From NCBI GenBank assembly GCA_965655095.1, contig OZ296652.1, positions 69,254,001 to 69,318,000 on the forward strand: DNA of 64,000 nt, read 5' to 3'. Shown here in pieces: positions 26,301 through 38,300 of this stretch; the first letter of the stretch is position 1; the number at the start of each line of letters is the position of its first letter. The notes under the pieces were generated by a model. The model searched no databases. It was not told where the DNA came from and was given only the letters and a program-made list of their open reading frames with translations. The stretch is from Haplodiscus bocki. Lineage: Eukaryota. A program made the position numbers and the translations under genes.

Positions 26301-29300
26301 TTACCCTGTGTTTTGTCACGTTTTTGGTGTCAGATTTTATCCTTAACTAGTTTCACGGTAATTTTCTCGCCTGTTTTGTTCCGTACTTCTGTTTCGTTTG
26401 TAGAGGTAACCAGTTTTGAAACCTTCAATTCTACCGGTGTAGTGGTTCGAAAATTGCAATCCTTCTCGATTTCACAATTTCTTTTCCAGTGTCGTTCTTG
26501 TTCTTCCTTTGGCTTCTGTTTTGGCCCAGAAGAATTGACCACGGCTGTGATTAATGTTTTTTATCGGTGTAAAAAGTTCTTTGACGACCTTAATCAAGGG
26601 TAATAAAGTCATTTCGGCTTTCTCACCTAGTTTTGTGGTTGTCATTTCGTGTAATGCCGTCGGTCCCAGCGCCCAGCGGAAATCCTTTCAAATTTTGGTA
26701 TCTTTTTTGTAATTTCGGTCGGTTCTTTATTTGTCCGTGATGATCGGTTCTGTTTCTCTCTGTTATTCCTTCGGTGTATTTTTGGAACCGTTTTAGCCAT
26801 GTCGTCGGATTTTCTGGGAAACAATTTTTATCCCAATTTGATAGTAACGTGGGTTCGGATTCAAAGGTAAACTAGCGTCCGCGGTTTTTACCGTAGTGCA
26901 TCTCGGGCAATGTTCGTTTTCTTGTTGTGTGTTTCTCATCTCATGACCCATGGTGCACTGTTTTCGCTTTCTTCCGATGTATGACCGTCTTCCAAATTGG
27001 CCTATACTAAACCCTTGAGTGCTCGGATTGATCGCTGAACCAATCCGGCTGCCATATGCATCTGCAATAGTACCGATTTTATTTTTTTACATATGAGATA
27101 CAAAATTCTTTGATCCCTCTGCTTATAAAGACTGGTTCTACGTTCGTTCTAATTGTTTTCGGTACTCCGTACATATTAAAATGTTTCTTGGAAGTTTTTG
27201 TCAACGTTTTCTTTTTGGCATTTGTACAAGTTTTGGGTGACAAGCTTTTGCTAAAGAGATCCACGACTACTGGAATCGGTGGGTTTCCGTTCCTTTTTCC
27301 TTCGTGATTTTTTCTGGTAAAGTCTAGCTGTATTTCTTGGCACGATTCTTTTGCGTCCTTTATGTGTTTTTTTCGGTCTAAGGTAATTAACTTCTTAATT
27401 ACCGGTTTTTATGAAGGCGGTACAATTCTTTATTTTGTCTAAGGTATCTCTGATGCCCAGCCACCAAAAAAATGCTCAATGCCGCCGTCATTTTCATCTC
27501 ACCGGAGTGGTCTTAATGCAGAGTCTCCTGTACTCATTCCCGCATGGCGCATGGTACCACTACTTTGTCGTCTAATGAAATGTTTCCCAACGGGGTCGAT
27601 TAACAGTTGTGGTATTTGTGGAATCTGAAGAAGTCCTCCGGTATCATATCGCCTTTTTGTTTCGAAAACAATCAGTTTTGCAATAAGGTCTTTATCACGG
27701 ACGGGCTGTCTCCTCATCAGGGTTTTAGATCCGTCATGAATCTTCCCCTGCTTTCCTGACGTTTTCTTACGCCTCGAATGAAACTTTTATCGTTGATTCG
27801 ATGATTCTTTTTATCTGTATATTCTGTACAGTCTTTTTCTCAGGACAGTACTCTTTTGCTCTCACCGGCCGTATAGTTCCGCCGCAATGATCTTCAATTA
27901 CTTCTCTGCACCTGACAGTACGAACTCTTCCTGGTTTGTTTGCTCCATCAACAACGCGTCCATAACTACAACCGTCTTTTTGTCTCTGGAGTCGCGTCTT
28001 CTGGGCAACCAGAATTGGCTCCCGTAGTTTTCCTTCTTCAACCGAAGCTTGCCCAGCTGTGCTTTTTTAATTGGCTCGTCCACTAGTACACTTGGTTAAC
28101 CGTGCGGCATGTTTTATTGGCTTGATATTTTCGTAACAGTGGTTGCACTGATTTGTGGTCGAAATATTTTAACGGTGTTCGGTATAGAATCTGAAAGAAG
28201 CTAATGCCCGGACTGCTCTGAGTACTTCTAATTCTCCGAAGGCATAGTTCTTCAGTGTCTTTTGAATATTGGCTCGTGAATGCAATCGGTTTTACCTTTC
28301 CGTCTTTCTTTTTACCGTATTGTTGCTCCCAATCCCGCGTGGCATGCATCCGTTGTTATTATGTTGTCTCTATGTTGAATAATGTGCCAGGCACAGTGAT
28401 TCTATAATTTTTTTTTCAAATTTTTCTTGGCTCAATTTCCACTCCTTAATCCATCCGTTTGTTCTCATTGCAAATTTCGGAAAGTATTGAACCGTTCCAA
28501 GGAATGATTCTTTTTGTATTTTTGGTGGTTTGCACCGAATTTTCCGATTGCTTCGCTTTTTTCCGTATTCTGTTTTATGCCGTGTTCCGATATATGATGA
28601 CCGATCCAAATTATTTCATTCTGACAGATTTCTGTGTTTGGCTGCTTCCTCTGAATGTTTTTCCCTCGTGCTAGTTGGATGATTTCGTCAAGCCAAGCGA
28701 ATGTCATTGAATTTAGCGTCAGTTAGAAATGCCTAGAAATTTTTTGGGTTTTTCGGCTTATCAGTAGAATCCCTTTTTGAATCACTGAAATCCATTCTAT
28801 TGTCTGCCAATGAGTCAAAATACGCAATCTTTACTCCCACATTTGCCTCATTCTATTTGGTCTTCTGCATATTGCACGTCCATGGTTGGGATCCATAGTT
28901 TTTTCTCCGTCTGAATTTTTTGAAGAAGTTGTTTACATGAGATGGTCCTCATTTGACCTTTGCAAAAAAACTAAAAGACTGATGCATAGAATGACGACTG
29001 CAAAGGTCAAATGAGGATCATCTCATGTGAACAACTTCATTCTATGCATCAGTCTTTTGGTTTTTTTGAGTCCAATGCGATTTTTACCATCTTATTTTTC
29101 TCTTTACCGTACTTACGGCGGGTGAAATAACCGTGATCTCGGGTAGTTTTTTCGATATCTCCGTCCTTTTTCAAGCGACTTGTTCTTTTGCCTACCGACT
29201 CTTGTAAGTGTAGTAGTGTTGGTCTTGCTTTATGTAGAAGTGGGTGACCATCTCGTTTCGGGGTTGTTTTATGCAATTACTGGTTTTGTTATCTTCGAAC

Positions 29301-32300
29301 ATTTTACGGTAATTGGTATACAGTTGATTTTCTCTTCCGTCCGCTGAGTGGTCCGTCTTTTCCACTACTGAAATATGATTGATCCGAAGTTCAATTTTCA
29401 GGCGTCAAACCTATATAAACAGGGCAGCGGTGTGAAATCAGTGATTGATGTTGATTAACGATAATTGTTTTTTTTATGTCACCGTATTTAACTTTCACTG
29501 TTTTTGGACCTACATGTTTTATTTAGTTTTTGTTTACGTCAGGTGTTTTTGTCAATTTGGTCAACGGTTTTAGGTTAAGTTTTTTTGTGGGGTTTTTCTG
29601 TAGAGTTCTGATCGGTGACCCGTGACTTTCATAAATTCTGTTTCTTTAACCGTTCATTTCGATTCTTGTTTGGATGAATGATGTAATCTTCCGTTTTTTG
29701 TCTCGAACTTTCGGTGGTATTAGTTTGATCAATTCATATTCGTCTTCCGTTTTTCCTGTGTTGTCTTGCCTGCTTTGTTTGATCCTGCATACTTTTGTGT
29801 AGTTAAGTTTTTCCGAAATTGTTGCGATTTCCTTCTTTTTCCTGGCATTTATGTTCGGTTGTCCAAATTTGTCTTTTGCAGAATTTGCATGGTATGGTTG
29901 GAATTGTTTTTTTCGTCCGTTCCACTTTCACTTTTCCATTGCGCTTTTGTTTGATTTCTTTGTTCGGGATGTATTTTTTACCCTGTGTTTTGTCACGTTT
30001 TTGGTGTCAGATTTTATCCTTAACTAGTTTCACGGTAATTTTCTCGCCTGTTTTGTTCCGTACTTCTGTTTCGTTTGTAGAGGTAACCAGTTTTGAAACC
30101 TTCAATTCTACCGGTGTAGTGGTTCGAAAATTGCAATCCTTCTCGATTTCACAATTTCTTTTCCAGTGTCGTTCTTGTTCTTCCTTTGGCTTCTGTTTTG
30201 GCCCAGAAGAATTGACCACGGCTGTGATTAATGTTTTTTATCGGTGTAAAAAGTTCTTTGACGACCTTAATCAAGGGTAATAAAGTCATTTCGGCTTTCT
30301 CACCTAGTTTTGTGGTTGTCATTTCGTGTAATGCCGTCGGTCCCAGCGCCCAGCGGAAATCCTTTCAAATTTTGGTATCTTTTTTGTAATTTCGGTCGGT
30401 TCTTTATTTGTCCGTGATGATCGGTTCTGTTTCTCTCTGTTATTCCTTCGGTGTATTTTTGGAACCGTTTTAGCCATGTCGTCGGATTTTCTGGGAAACA
30501 ATTTTTATCCCAATTTGATAGTAACGTGGGTTCGGATTCAAAGGTAAACTAGCGTCCGCGGTAAACTAGCGTCCGCGGTAGTGCATCTCGGGCAATGTTC
30601 GTTTTCTTGTTGTGTGTTTCTCATCTCATGACCCATGGTGCACTGTTTTCGCTTTCTTCCGATGTATGACCGTCTTCCAAATTGGCCTATACTAAACCCT
30701 TGAGTGCTCGGATTGATCGCTGAACCAATCCGGCTGCCATATGCATCTGCGATAGTACCGATTTTATTTTTTTACATATGCGATACAAAATTCTTTGATC
30801 CCTCTGCTTATAAAGACTGGTTCTACGTTCGTTCTAATTGTTTTCGGTACTCCGTACATATTAAAATGTTTCTTGGAAGTTTTTGTCAACGTTTTCTTTT
30901 TGGCATTTGTACAAGTTTTGGGTGACAAGCTTTTGCTAAAGAGATCCACGACTACTGGAATCGGTGGGTTTCCGTTCCTTTTTCCTTCGTGATTTTTTCT
31001 GGTAAAGTCTAGCTGTATTTCTTGGCACGATTCTTTTGCGTCCTTTATGTGTTTTTTTCGGTCTAAGGTAATTAACTTCTTAATTACCGGTTTTTATGAA
31101 GGCGGTACAATTCTTTATTTTGTCTAAGGTATCTCTGATGCCCAGCCACCAAAAAAATGCTCAATGCCGCCGTCATTTTCATCTCACCGGAGTGGTCTTA
31201 ATGCAGAGTCTCCTGTACTCATTCCCGCATGGCGCATGGTACCACTACTTTGTCGTCCAATGAAATGTTTCCCAACGGGGTCGATTAACAGTTGTGGTAT
31301 TTGTGGAATCTGAAGCAGTCCTCCGGTATCATATCGCCTTTTTGTTTCGAAAACAATCAGTGTTGCAATAAGGTCTTTATCACGGACGGGCTGTCTCCTC
31401 ATCAGGGTTTTAGATCCGTCATGAATCTTCCCCTGCTTTCCTGACGTTTTCTTACGCCTCGAATGAAACTTTTATCGTTGATTCGATGATTCTTTTTATC
31501 TGCATATTCTGTACAGTCTTTTTCTCAGGACAGTACTCTTTTGCTCTCACCGGCCGTATAGTTCCGCCGCAATGATCTTCAATTACTTCTCTGCACCTGA
31601 CAGTACGAACTCTTCCTGGTTTGTTTGCTCCATCAACAACGCGTCCATAACTACAACCGTCTTTTTGTCTCTGGAGTCGCGTCTTCTGGGCAACCAGAAT
31701 TGGCTCCCGTAGTTTTCCTTCTTCAACCGAAGCTTGCCCAGCTGTGCTTTTTTAATTGGCTCGTCCACTAGTACACTTGGTTAACCGTGCGGCATGTTTT
31801 ATTGGCTTGATATTTTCGTAACAGTGGTTGCACTGATTTGTGGTCGAAATATTTTAACGGTGTTCGGTATAGAATCTGAAAGAAGCTAATGCCCGGACTG
31901 CTCTGAGTACTTCTAATTCTCCGAAGGCATAGTTCTTCAGTGTCTTTTGAATATTGGCTCGTGAATGCAATCGGTTTTACCTTTCCGTCTTTCTTTTTAC
32001 CGTATTGTTGCTCCCAATCCCGCGTGGCATGCATCCGTTGTTATTATGTTGTCTCTATGTTGAATAATGTGCCAGGCACAGTGATTCTATAATTTTTTTT
32101 TCAAATTTTTCTTGGCTCAATTTCCACTCCTTAATCCATCCGTTTGTTCTCATTGCAAATTTCGGAAAGTATTGAACCGTTCCAAGGAATGATTCTTTTT
32201 GTATTTTTGGTGGTTTGCACCGAATTTTCCGATTGCTTCGCTTTTTTCCGTTTTCTGTTTTATGCCGTGTTCCGATATATGATGACCGATCCAAATTATT

Positions 32301-35300
32301 TCATTCTGACAGACTTCTGTTTTTGGCTGCTTCCTCTGAATGTTTTTCCCTCGTGCTAGTTGGATGATTTCGTCAAGCCAAGCGAATGTCATTGAATTTA
32401 GCGTCAGTTGGAAATGCCTAGAAATTTTTCCACTAGTGAAATATGATTGGTCGGAAGTTCAATTTTCAGGCGTCAAACCTATATAAACAGGGCAGCGGTG
32501 TGAAATCAGTGATTGATGTTGATTAACGATAATTGTTTTTTTTTTATGTCACCGTATTTAACTTTCACTGTTTTTGGACCTACATGTTTTATTTAGTTTT
32601 TGTTTACGTCAGGTGTTTTTGTCAATTTGGTCAACGGTTTTAGGTTAAGTTTTTTTGTGGAGTTTTTCTGTAGAGTTCTGATCGGTGACCCGTGACTTTC
32701 ATAAATTCTGTTTCTTTAACCGTTTATTTCGATTCTTGTTTGGATGAATGATGTAATCTTCCGTTTTTTGTCTCGAACTTTCGGTGGTATTAGTTTGATC
32801 AATTCATATTCGTCTTCCGTTTTTCCTGTGTTGTCTTGCCTGCTTTGTTTGATCCTGCATACTTTTGTGTAGTGGAGTTTTTCCGAAATTGTTGCGATTT
32901 CCTTCTTTTTCCTGGCATTTATGTTCGTGTGTCCAAATTTGTCTTTTGCAGAATTTGCATGGTATGGTTGGAATTGTTTTTTTCGTCCGTTCCACTTTCA
33001 CTTTTCCATTGCGCTTTTGTTTGATTTCTTTGTTCGGGATGTATTTTTTACCCTGTGTTTTGTCACGTTTTTGGTGTCAGATTTTGTCCTTAACTAGTTT
33101 CACGGTAATTTTCTCGCCTGTTTTGTTCCGTAGTTCTGTGTCGGTTGTAGAGGTAATCAATTTTGAACCCAGTAATTGTGCCGGTGTAATGGTTGGGACA
33201 TCGCAATCCTTCTGGAATTCAATTTTCAATGTTGTTCTGGTACTTCGTTTGGTTTCTGTCTTGGCCCGAAATTTTTTGCCGCGGCTTATGTTTCTTGTGA
33301 CTGTAAAATGTTCTTTGACGACCGTATGTAAGGGTAATAGCTTCATACCTCTAGGGGTAATAGCTTCATACCTTCTCTTTTCTCACCTAATTTGGTGGTT
33401 ATAATTGCATGTAATGCCGTAAGTCCCAACGCCCATCGTAAATCCTTTCAATTTTCGGTTTCTTTTTACTTGTATTTTTTTCGGTTTTTTCTGCCGTGAT
33501 GATCGGTTCTTTTTCTCTGTTATACCCTCGGTATATCTTTAGAACCATTCTCCCTATGTCTTCTGTGTAAATGTTGTTGTATCTTGCTATCCGATCAATT
33601 AAAAGTACAGTATCAGTACTTTGTTTTGATTTCCTGCCATGTTCGTGTAGGGGTAAAAAACGGCTGACTGCGCCATGTTTCACCTCTGACGCAATACTGA
33701 GTAAACAGATGTTTTATCCATTAACTCTGAATATAAACCGGTAGATCGGTACGAGAAGTGTTTTTATGAAATGATGATAGTAAGATACAAATGAATTAAA
33801 ATTCAGTCATACAAACAACTGACCATCAGTTTAAGAGTCTGTTTTGATATTTTTGTAATTGAACGCTGACAGTCATCGGAGTTTGCGAGTTGTTTGGAGA
33901 CGGGATTCATCATTTAGATAGTTCGTTGTCTATCACAGACGTGAATTGAATCAATTTGAGAATTTCAGCGACGCTATTTCAAACCCAAATTGGTTGTACA
34001 TCATACATCAAGTTACGTTTTTGTTTTTACTGTAAAAACTCTTCAAGACTTTTCATTAGAGTTTTTTTGCTAACGGGTTTTTGTTGAAGATTTATTGTGG
34101 CGTTCGTTCCAGTCAACGCTTATCTGGATTTTACTGAAATATTCGTTAGTGCAAGGCCATTTAAAGTAGCTGATCCTTAGGTACCGACAAAAGTACTGGA
34201 GATGTCTCTTTTTGTGAAATTGGACAAAGCTTTGTCTCTTATGGAACTATTTACCCAGTTATTAGTAGTTGAACTGTTTTTATTCTACAGTAGCTCTGGT
34301 ACTCGCGATATCGAAGCTCTTCGCAGCACGTGTGCTAGTCTGTTCTTATTTTTAATTCGAAACTTTTCCAGTCATAATTGGAAAATTTTTTGACTTTCGA
34401 ATATGCGTCTTTCGTCAAAAGTGATTTTCTGGAAGTCTGAGTGCCTGATGGCGCTCATCTGGCAAACACCGCCTGAAGCATTTACGAAGTAGCAGTGATG
34501 GGCTCTCTTGTAAAGCATTATTCTTTCAATTGGTGTTTCTAGGCAAAACTACCTTTTTGGCTTGGGGCCATCTAGTGCTTTTTCGGAAACTCGCAATATA
34601 TGGAGAATATGCGAAGGAGCCTGCATGTCCTCTTTCATGTTTTTCCTGCGAAATAGCTTGACCTGTAGTATGAAGAGCGAAATATTTGTAATTCCTTTTT
34701 CAAAATGGTATCTTTTTTAAAAAAACTTACGTGTTGGATTGAGGCCATGCGAAGCTCATTCAACAACTGACAATATGCAAATTCTTCGAACATGCAGTTT
34801 TGTCACATTCCATACTGTATGCTGAAATGGTTGGTAGTTGACGATAGTGAATCGGAGAATTCTTTAACGCATCGTTTTCTAATTAAAGTTTCGGAAACTA
34901 CTTTTGGGATTGCGATCATCCAGTGCTCTATCGAGAGCCCTCAGTATTGAGAATCTGCGAAGGAGCCGGTAGTCCTGTTTCAAACTTTTCGCAAAATCTC
35001 TGAACTTTTAGTTTTGAATTACCAAAAATTTTATTCATTTTTCAAACTTGTTTTCCAAAGAGACTTTTCCTTGGACTTCGAGCCTCCACTGCTGAACTCG
35101 ATCTCTGATCAGTATAATTGCCTTTCAACAGCTAAGTTGTTTGTCTAAAAATTCAGCAAACACGAAAACACGAGTCAAGTGATCAATTTTCGTAAGTCTT
35201 GGCAAATAAAAAAACTTCACAGTTGATCAATTAGTTGATATCGTTTCTGAACTGCGTCGCCTCTGTGTTTTCACCTGCAGACATCGGAGCTGATTATGGA

Positions 35301-38300
35301 AAGATAGTCTAATCATGCTCCGGAAAATCACTGTTTTAGTAGAGCTTATAAAGGCAGCGCTGATTCAGCGGATTGGGAGCGCTAATCCATGCTGGTAATT
35401 TTCATTTTCTCAGAAACGGCGCTGAACAACGTTGAAGCGCGTCAATCTTGAAAACACCGCTGTTTAGCGCTGATAGTTTTTCGGATGCCAACCCGGAATT
35501 TTAAAATCAGTTCATATTTTTTTTGAAAATATCAAATACCAAATTTTTTGTGATACCGGTTTTCTGCATATAGAAAAACGTTCTCCAAAAAATCGATTAA
35601 CAAAATGTTCGTGATACCGTCTGTATGTTTTTCTTGATTGTTGGAGCATTGTTTAATTTGGCGGGAATTTTTTTGGAGTGTAAATATGAGAAACGCGGTA
35701 AATTCATAAAGACGGTCTTGTCTTTACAGTAAAGTGTCTTCATAGTAAACCTGAAAGTACGTTTTTGCACTAGTTGATGGCCAAACGAATTCGTGAAAAA
35801 GTGTACTCGAAAATTTTTGGGGAGAAATTTTTCTCGGCAATATTTCGTCAAAAACAACGCCGAAATTTATGAACTTTCGTTTTTTCCGACTTTTCACTTC
35901 GATTTTTTGTTTCATTTGACTGTAAGTAAGATCAGTTCTGCCTACGATTGTCGTTGAGTTCATTTTGAAAACTTTGGCTGTGAAAGTGAAGTTTCGAGAA
36001 ATCATGGTCAGAAAAAGTACAAACATTTTTCGTGACGACGAATGTCTTTTTTGACAGGTATTTGACTTCATAGACTCCAGTTTTGTGTGACTGCCTTTGG
36101 AGTGGATGAAATTTGTTTTTTCGAGCTAAAGTTGATGCAAATTTAGACTTATTACGATACATTGTAAATTGCTATTTGTAATTCGAATTGGTTTACTGTA
36201 CTCCCAAGGTTTTTCCTCTGAAACTACTGCTGCTATTGAAATCATCCAATGCTTACTCAGAAGTTCGCATTATGGAGAATCTCCAAAAAATCAGAGATGT
36301 CCCGTTATCAATCATACTTTTACAGGGATTATCTTGACTTCTTTGAAAAATGAACGTTTTAACTTTCGTCTTTCTCAATTTTTTTCTGTAAGACGACTTG
36401 TCGGATTGCAATTATCCAGTACTCTTTCCAAAGCCCACAATTTAGATTTATGGATTATCGGCAATGTCTTGTTTCTTGCTTTTACTTCGAAATGTTTTGA
36501 AATAGTTGTGGTTCAATTTTTTTACTGGCGCCTTTTCTCAATACCGTTTTTGTCATAAACTATCGGTTGAATCGCAGACATCCTGTGCTCGTTCAAAAAA
36601 CCGCGATTTAGAGCATTACTGAGTAGCAGGGATGTCTACTTTCGTACTTCTGACGCGAAATGTCTTTTTGAAAGAGCTGTAAATTTGGAAGACTTGCAAT
36701 TTCAAACAAACTTGTGCCTTTTTTGAAAGTTCAAACCAGCTCAAATTTTTTCCAAGACTGTCTAGAGGATCACTCAAAAAGCCTCCGAAGAATTAAATTG
36801 GGAAGCATCATTGATGACTTTTTGGTGATCTTTTTATATGTTGTCCTAACATTTCAAAAGTGTTCAAAATTCTTTTAAAAAATGTTCTCGGCGGTAAAAG
36901 TTTGCTTTGAGGCCATCCAGCGTTATATTTGAATTCTGGTCAGAAGAAATTTTGTTGATCAAACTTTTGAACATTTGTATGTTTGATATCTCTTTTTTGT
37001 AAAAAAATTCTCTTTCTATAACGAAAAGTGTAAATCAAGTGTGGGCTCAATGTACAGGGTCTGCGTTAGACTCACTTTAAAGGAAACTTTTCAGTTCACT
37101 TTTGAATACCTGAAGATTTACAGTTGTATCTCGCATGTCTAAGGGCAGTGAGTTCCACTTCAGAGAAATGGAATGAAAAAGATTTGGAGGAACATGAAAC
37201 AAATGCTACCTTCCCCAGAAGTATTGTTTGATTCGAACGGCTGTTCAATCAGAAGTTTCCCGTGTGTAACTTTATTCTGTCCACAAATGATTTTTTTCCA
37301 TTGTTGATGTACTGGAAAAAATAGGTCAATCAGTTCAATATGTTGCCGAAAACCAAGTAAACTTCTCTGTATTCTGAAATCAAATGAAGCCTTCATACTG
37401 GAACGAAACTAAACAGATTTCAAAGGCTAATTCATCTGTTTGTCTATTGATAGTGATAACGGTGACGTATTTTGCAGCAGAATATTCCAAGTGACTCGAA
37501 ACAAGAGCATGGAAAAGCATGAGAATTTATGTCGTCTAGTTTCAATGGTTTTGATAACCACAGCCATTTTCTCCAACACTTGTTTGGTATCGGTCTGGAA
37601 ATCTAGGATCTACGTCCTTATCAATGCTTACACCTAGGTATTTACACTTGATCCGACTTTTCAGTTTTGGATGAGCCTAAAACAACTGTTTCTGAGTCCT
37701 GCAGACGTTTATGATTTTTACGAGAAAAATTGATGAATTCTGTTTTACTGTCGTTCCAATGCAACCGGCTACGCGAGAAGTATTATTCCAGTTTTACCAG
37801 ATTTTACTGTGAGCGGTTAAGTGCAATTTCTGATTCACTATCACTGCAATAGAGCCAGCAGTCATCAGCAAACTGTATTTTACGAGCATTTTCACTAACT
37901 TGATTCGAGAGGTCATTAACATTTAAGTTGAACAGCAGTGGCCCTAGCACAGTTCCCTGAGGAACACCTCGTTTCAGTTCAGTCCAATCGGAGACCATTC
38001 CATTTACTGGAACTTGCCGTAATCTCTTCGTTAAGAAACTCTCAATACGTTCTACAGTCGAATGAAAGAAATTCAGTGATTCCAGTTTTTCCAGAATTAT
38101 GTGAAGAGTCAAAAGCTTTAGATAAATTCAAAAGTAAAGCATGAACTAATTTGCCATTTTATATCTCATGACGAAGTGTTTCAATGAAAGGAAGAATGGC
38201 ATCTTGCGATGAGACCCTACTCCTAAATCCAAACTGAAACCTCTGTAGGGATGCCTTTATTTTAAACATAGGTTGTTCTTCCTCCGTATAACGTCAGGTC

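Larger units (their letters stand above)
12863..33937 (-). mobile_element. Decayed Ty3/Gypsy LTR retrotransposon expanded to 21 kb by internal tandem amplification
   Basis: Gag knuckle PCKFCKRQIWTPEHKC, RT AWLDDII and NETIWIGH, RNase H DACHAGLGA and KPIAFTSQ, integrase FWWLGIRD, QLDF and GVPKTIRT, in Gypsy order (RT-RH-IN). Degenerate direct LTRs at both ends, a PBS next to the right LTR and a PPT (AGAGGGGAA, 13032-13040) next to the left LTR. Confidence 0.88.

Noticed and set aside
15068-33404. Repeated + strand Phe/Cys/Val-rich ORFs as a tandem gene family
   Set aside because: They are antisense shadows of the A-rich Gypsy coding strand, with no splice structure or domains.
15776-33560. 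CRISPR-like array or rDNA
   Set aside because: The units are 3.7 kb, have no variable spacers or rRNA motifs, and carry Gypsy pol motifs.
34000-37100. Possible Polinton/Maverick or DNA-transposon remnants (weak P-loop-like FVWPSTSAKT near 35770)
   Set aside because: Too decayed to assign by eye; needs a translated HMM search.
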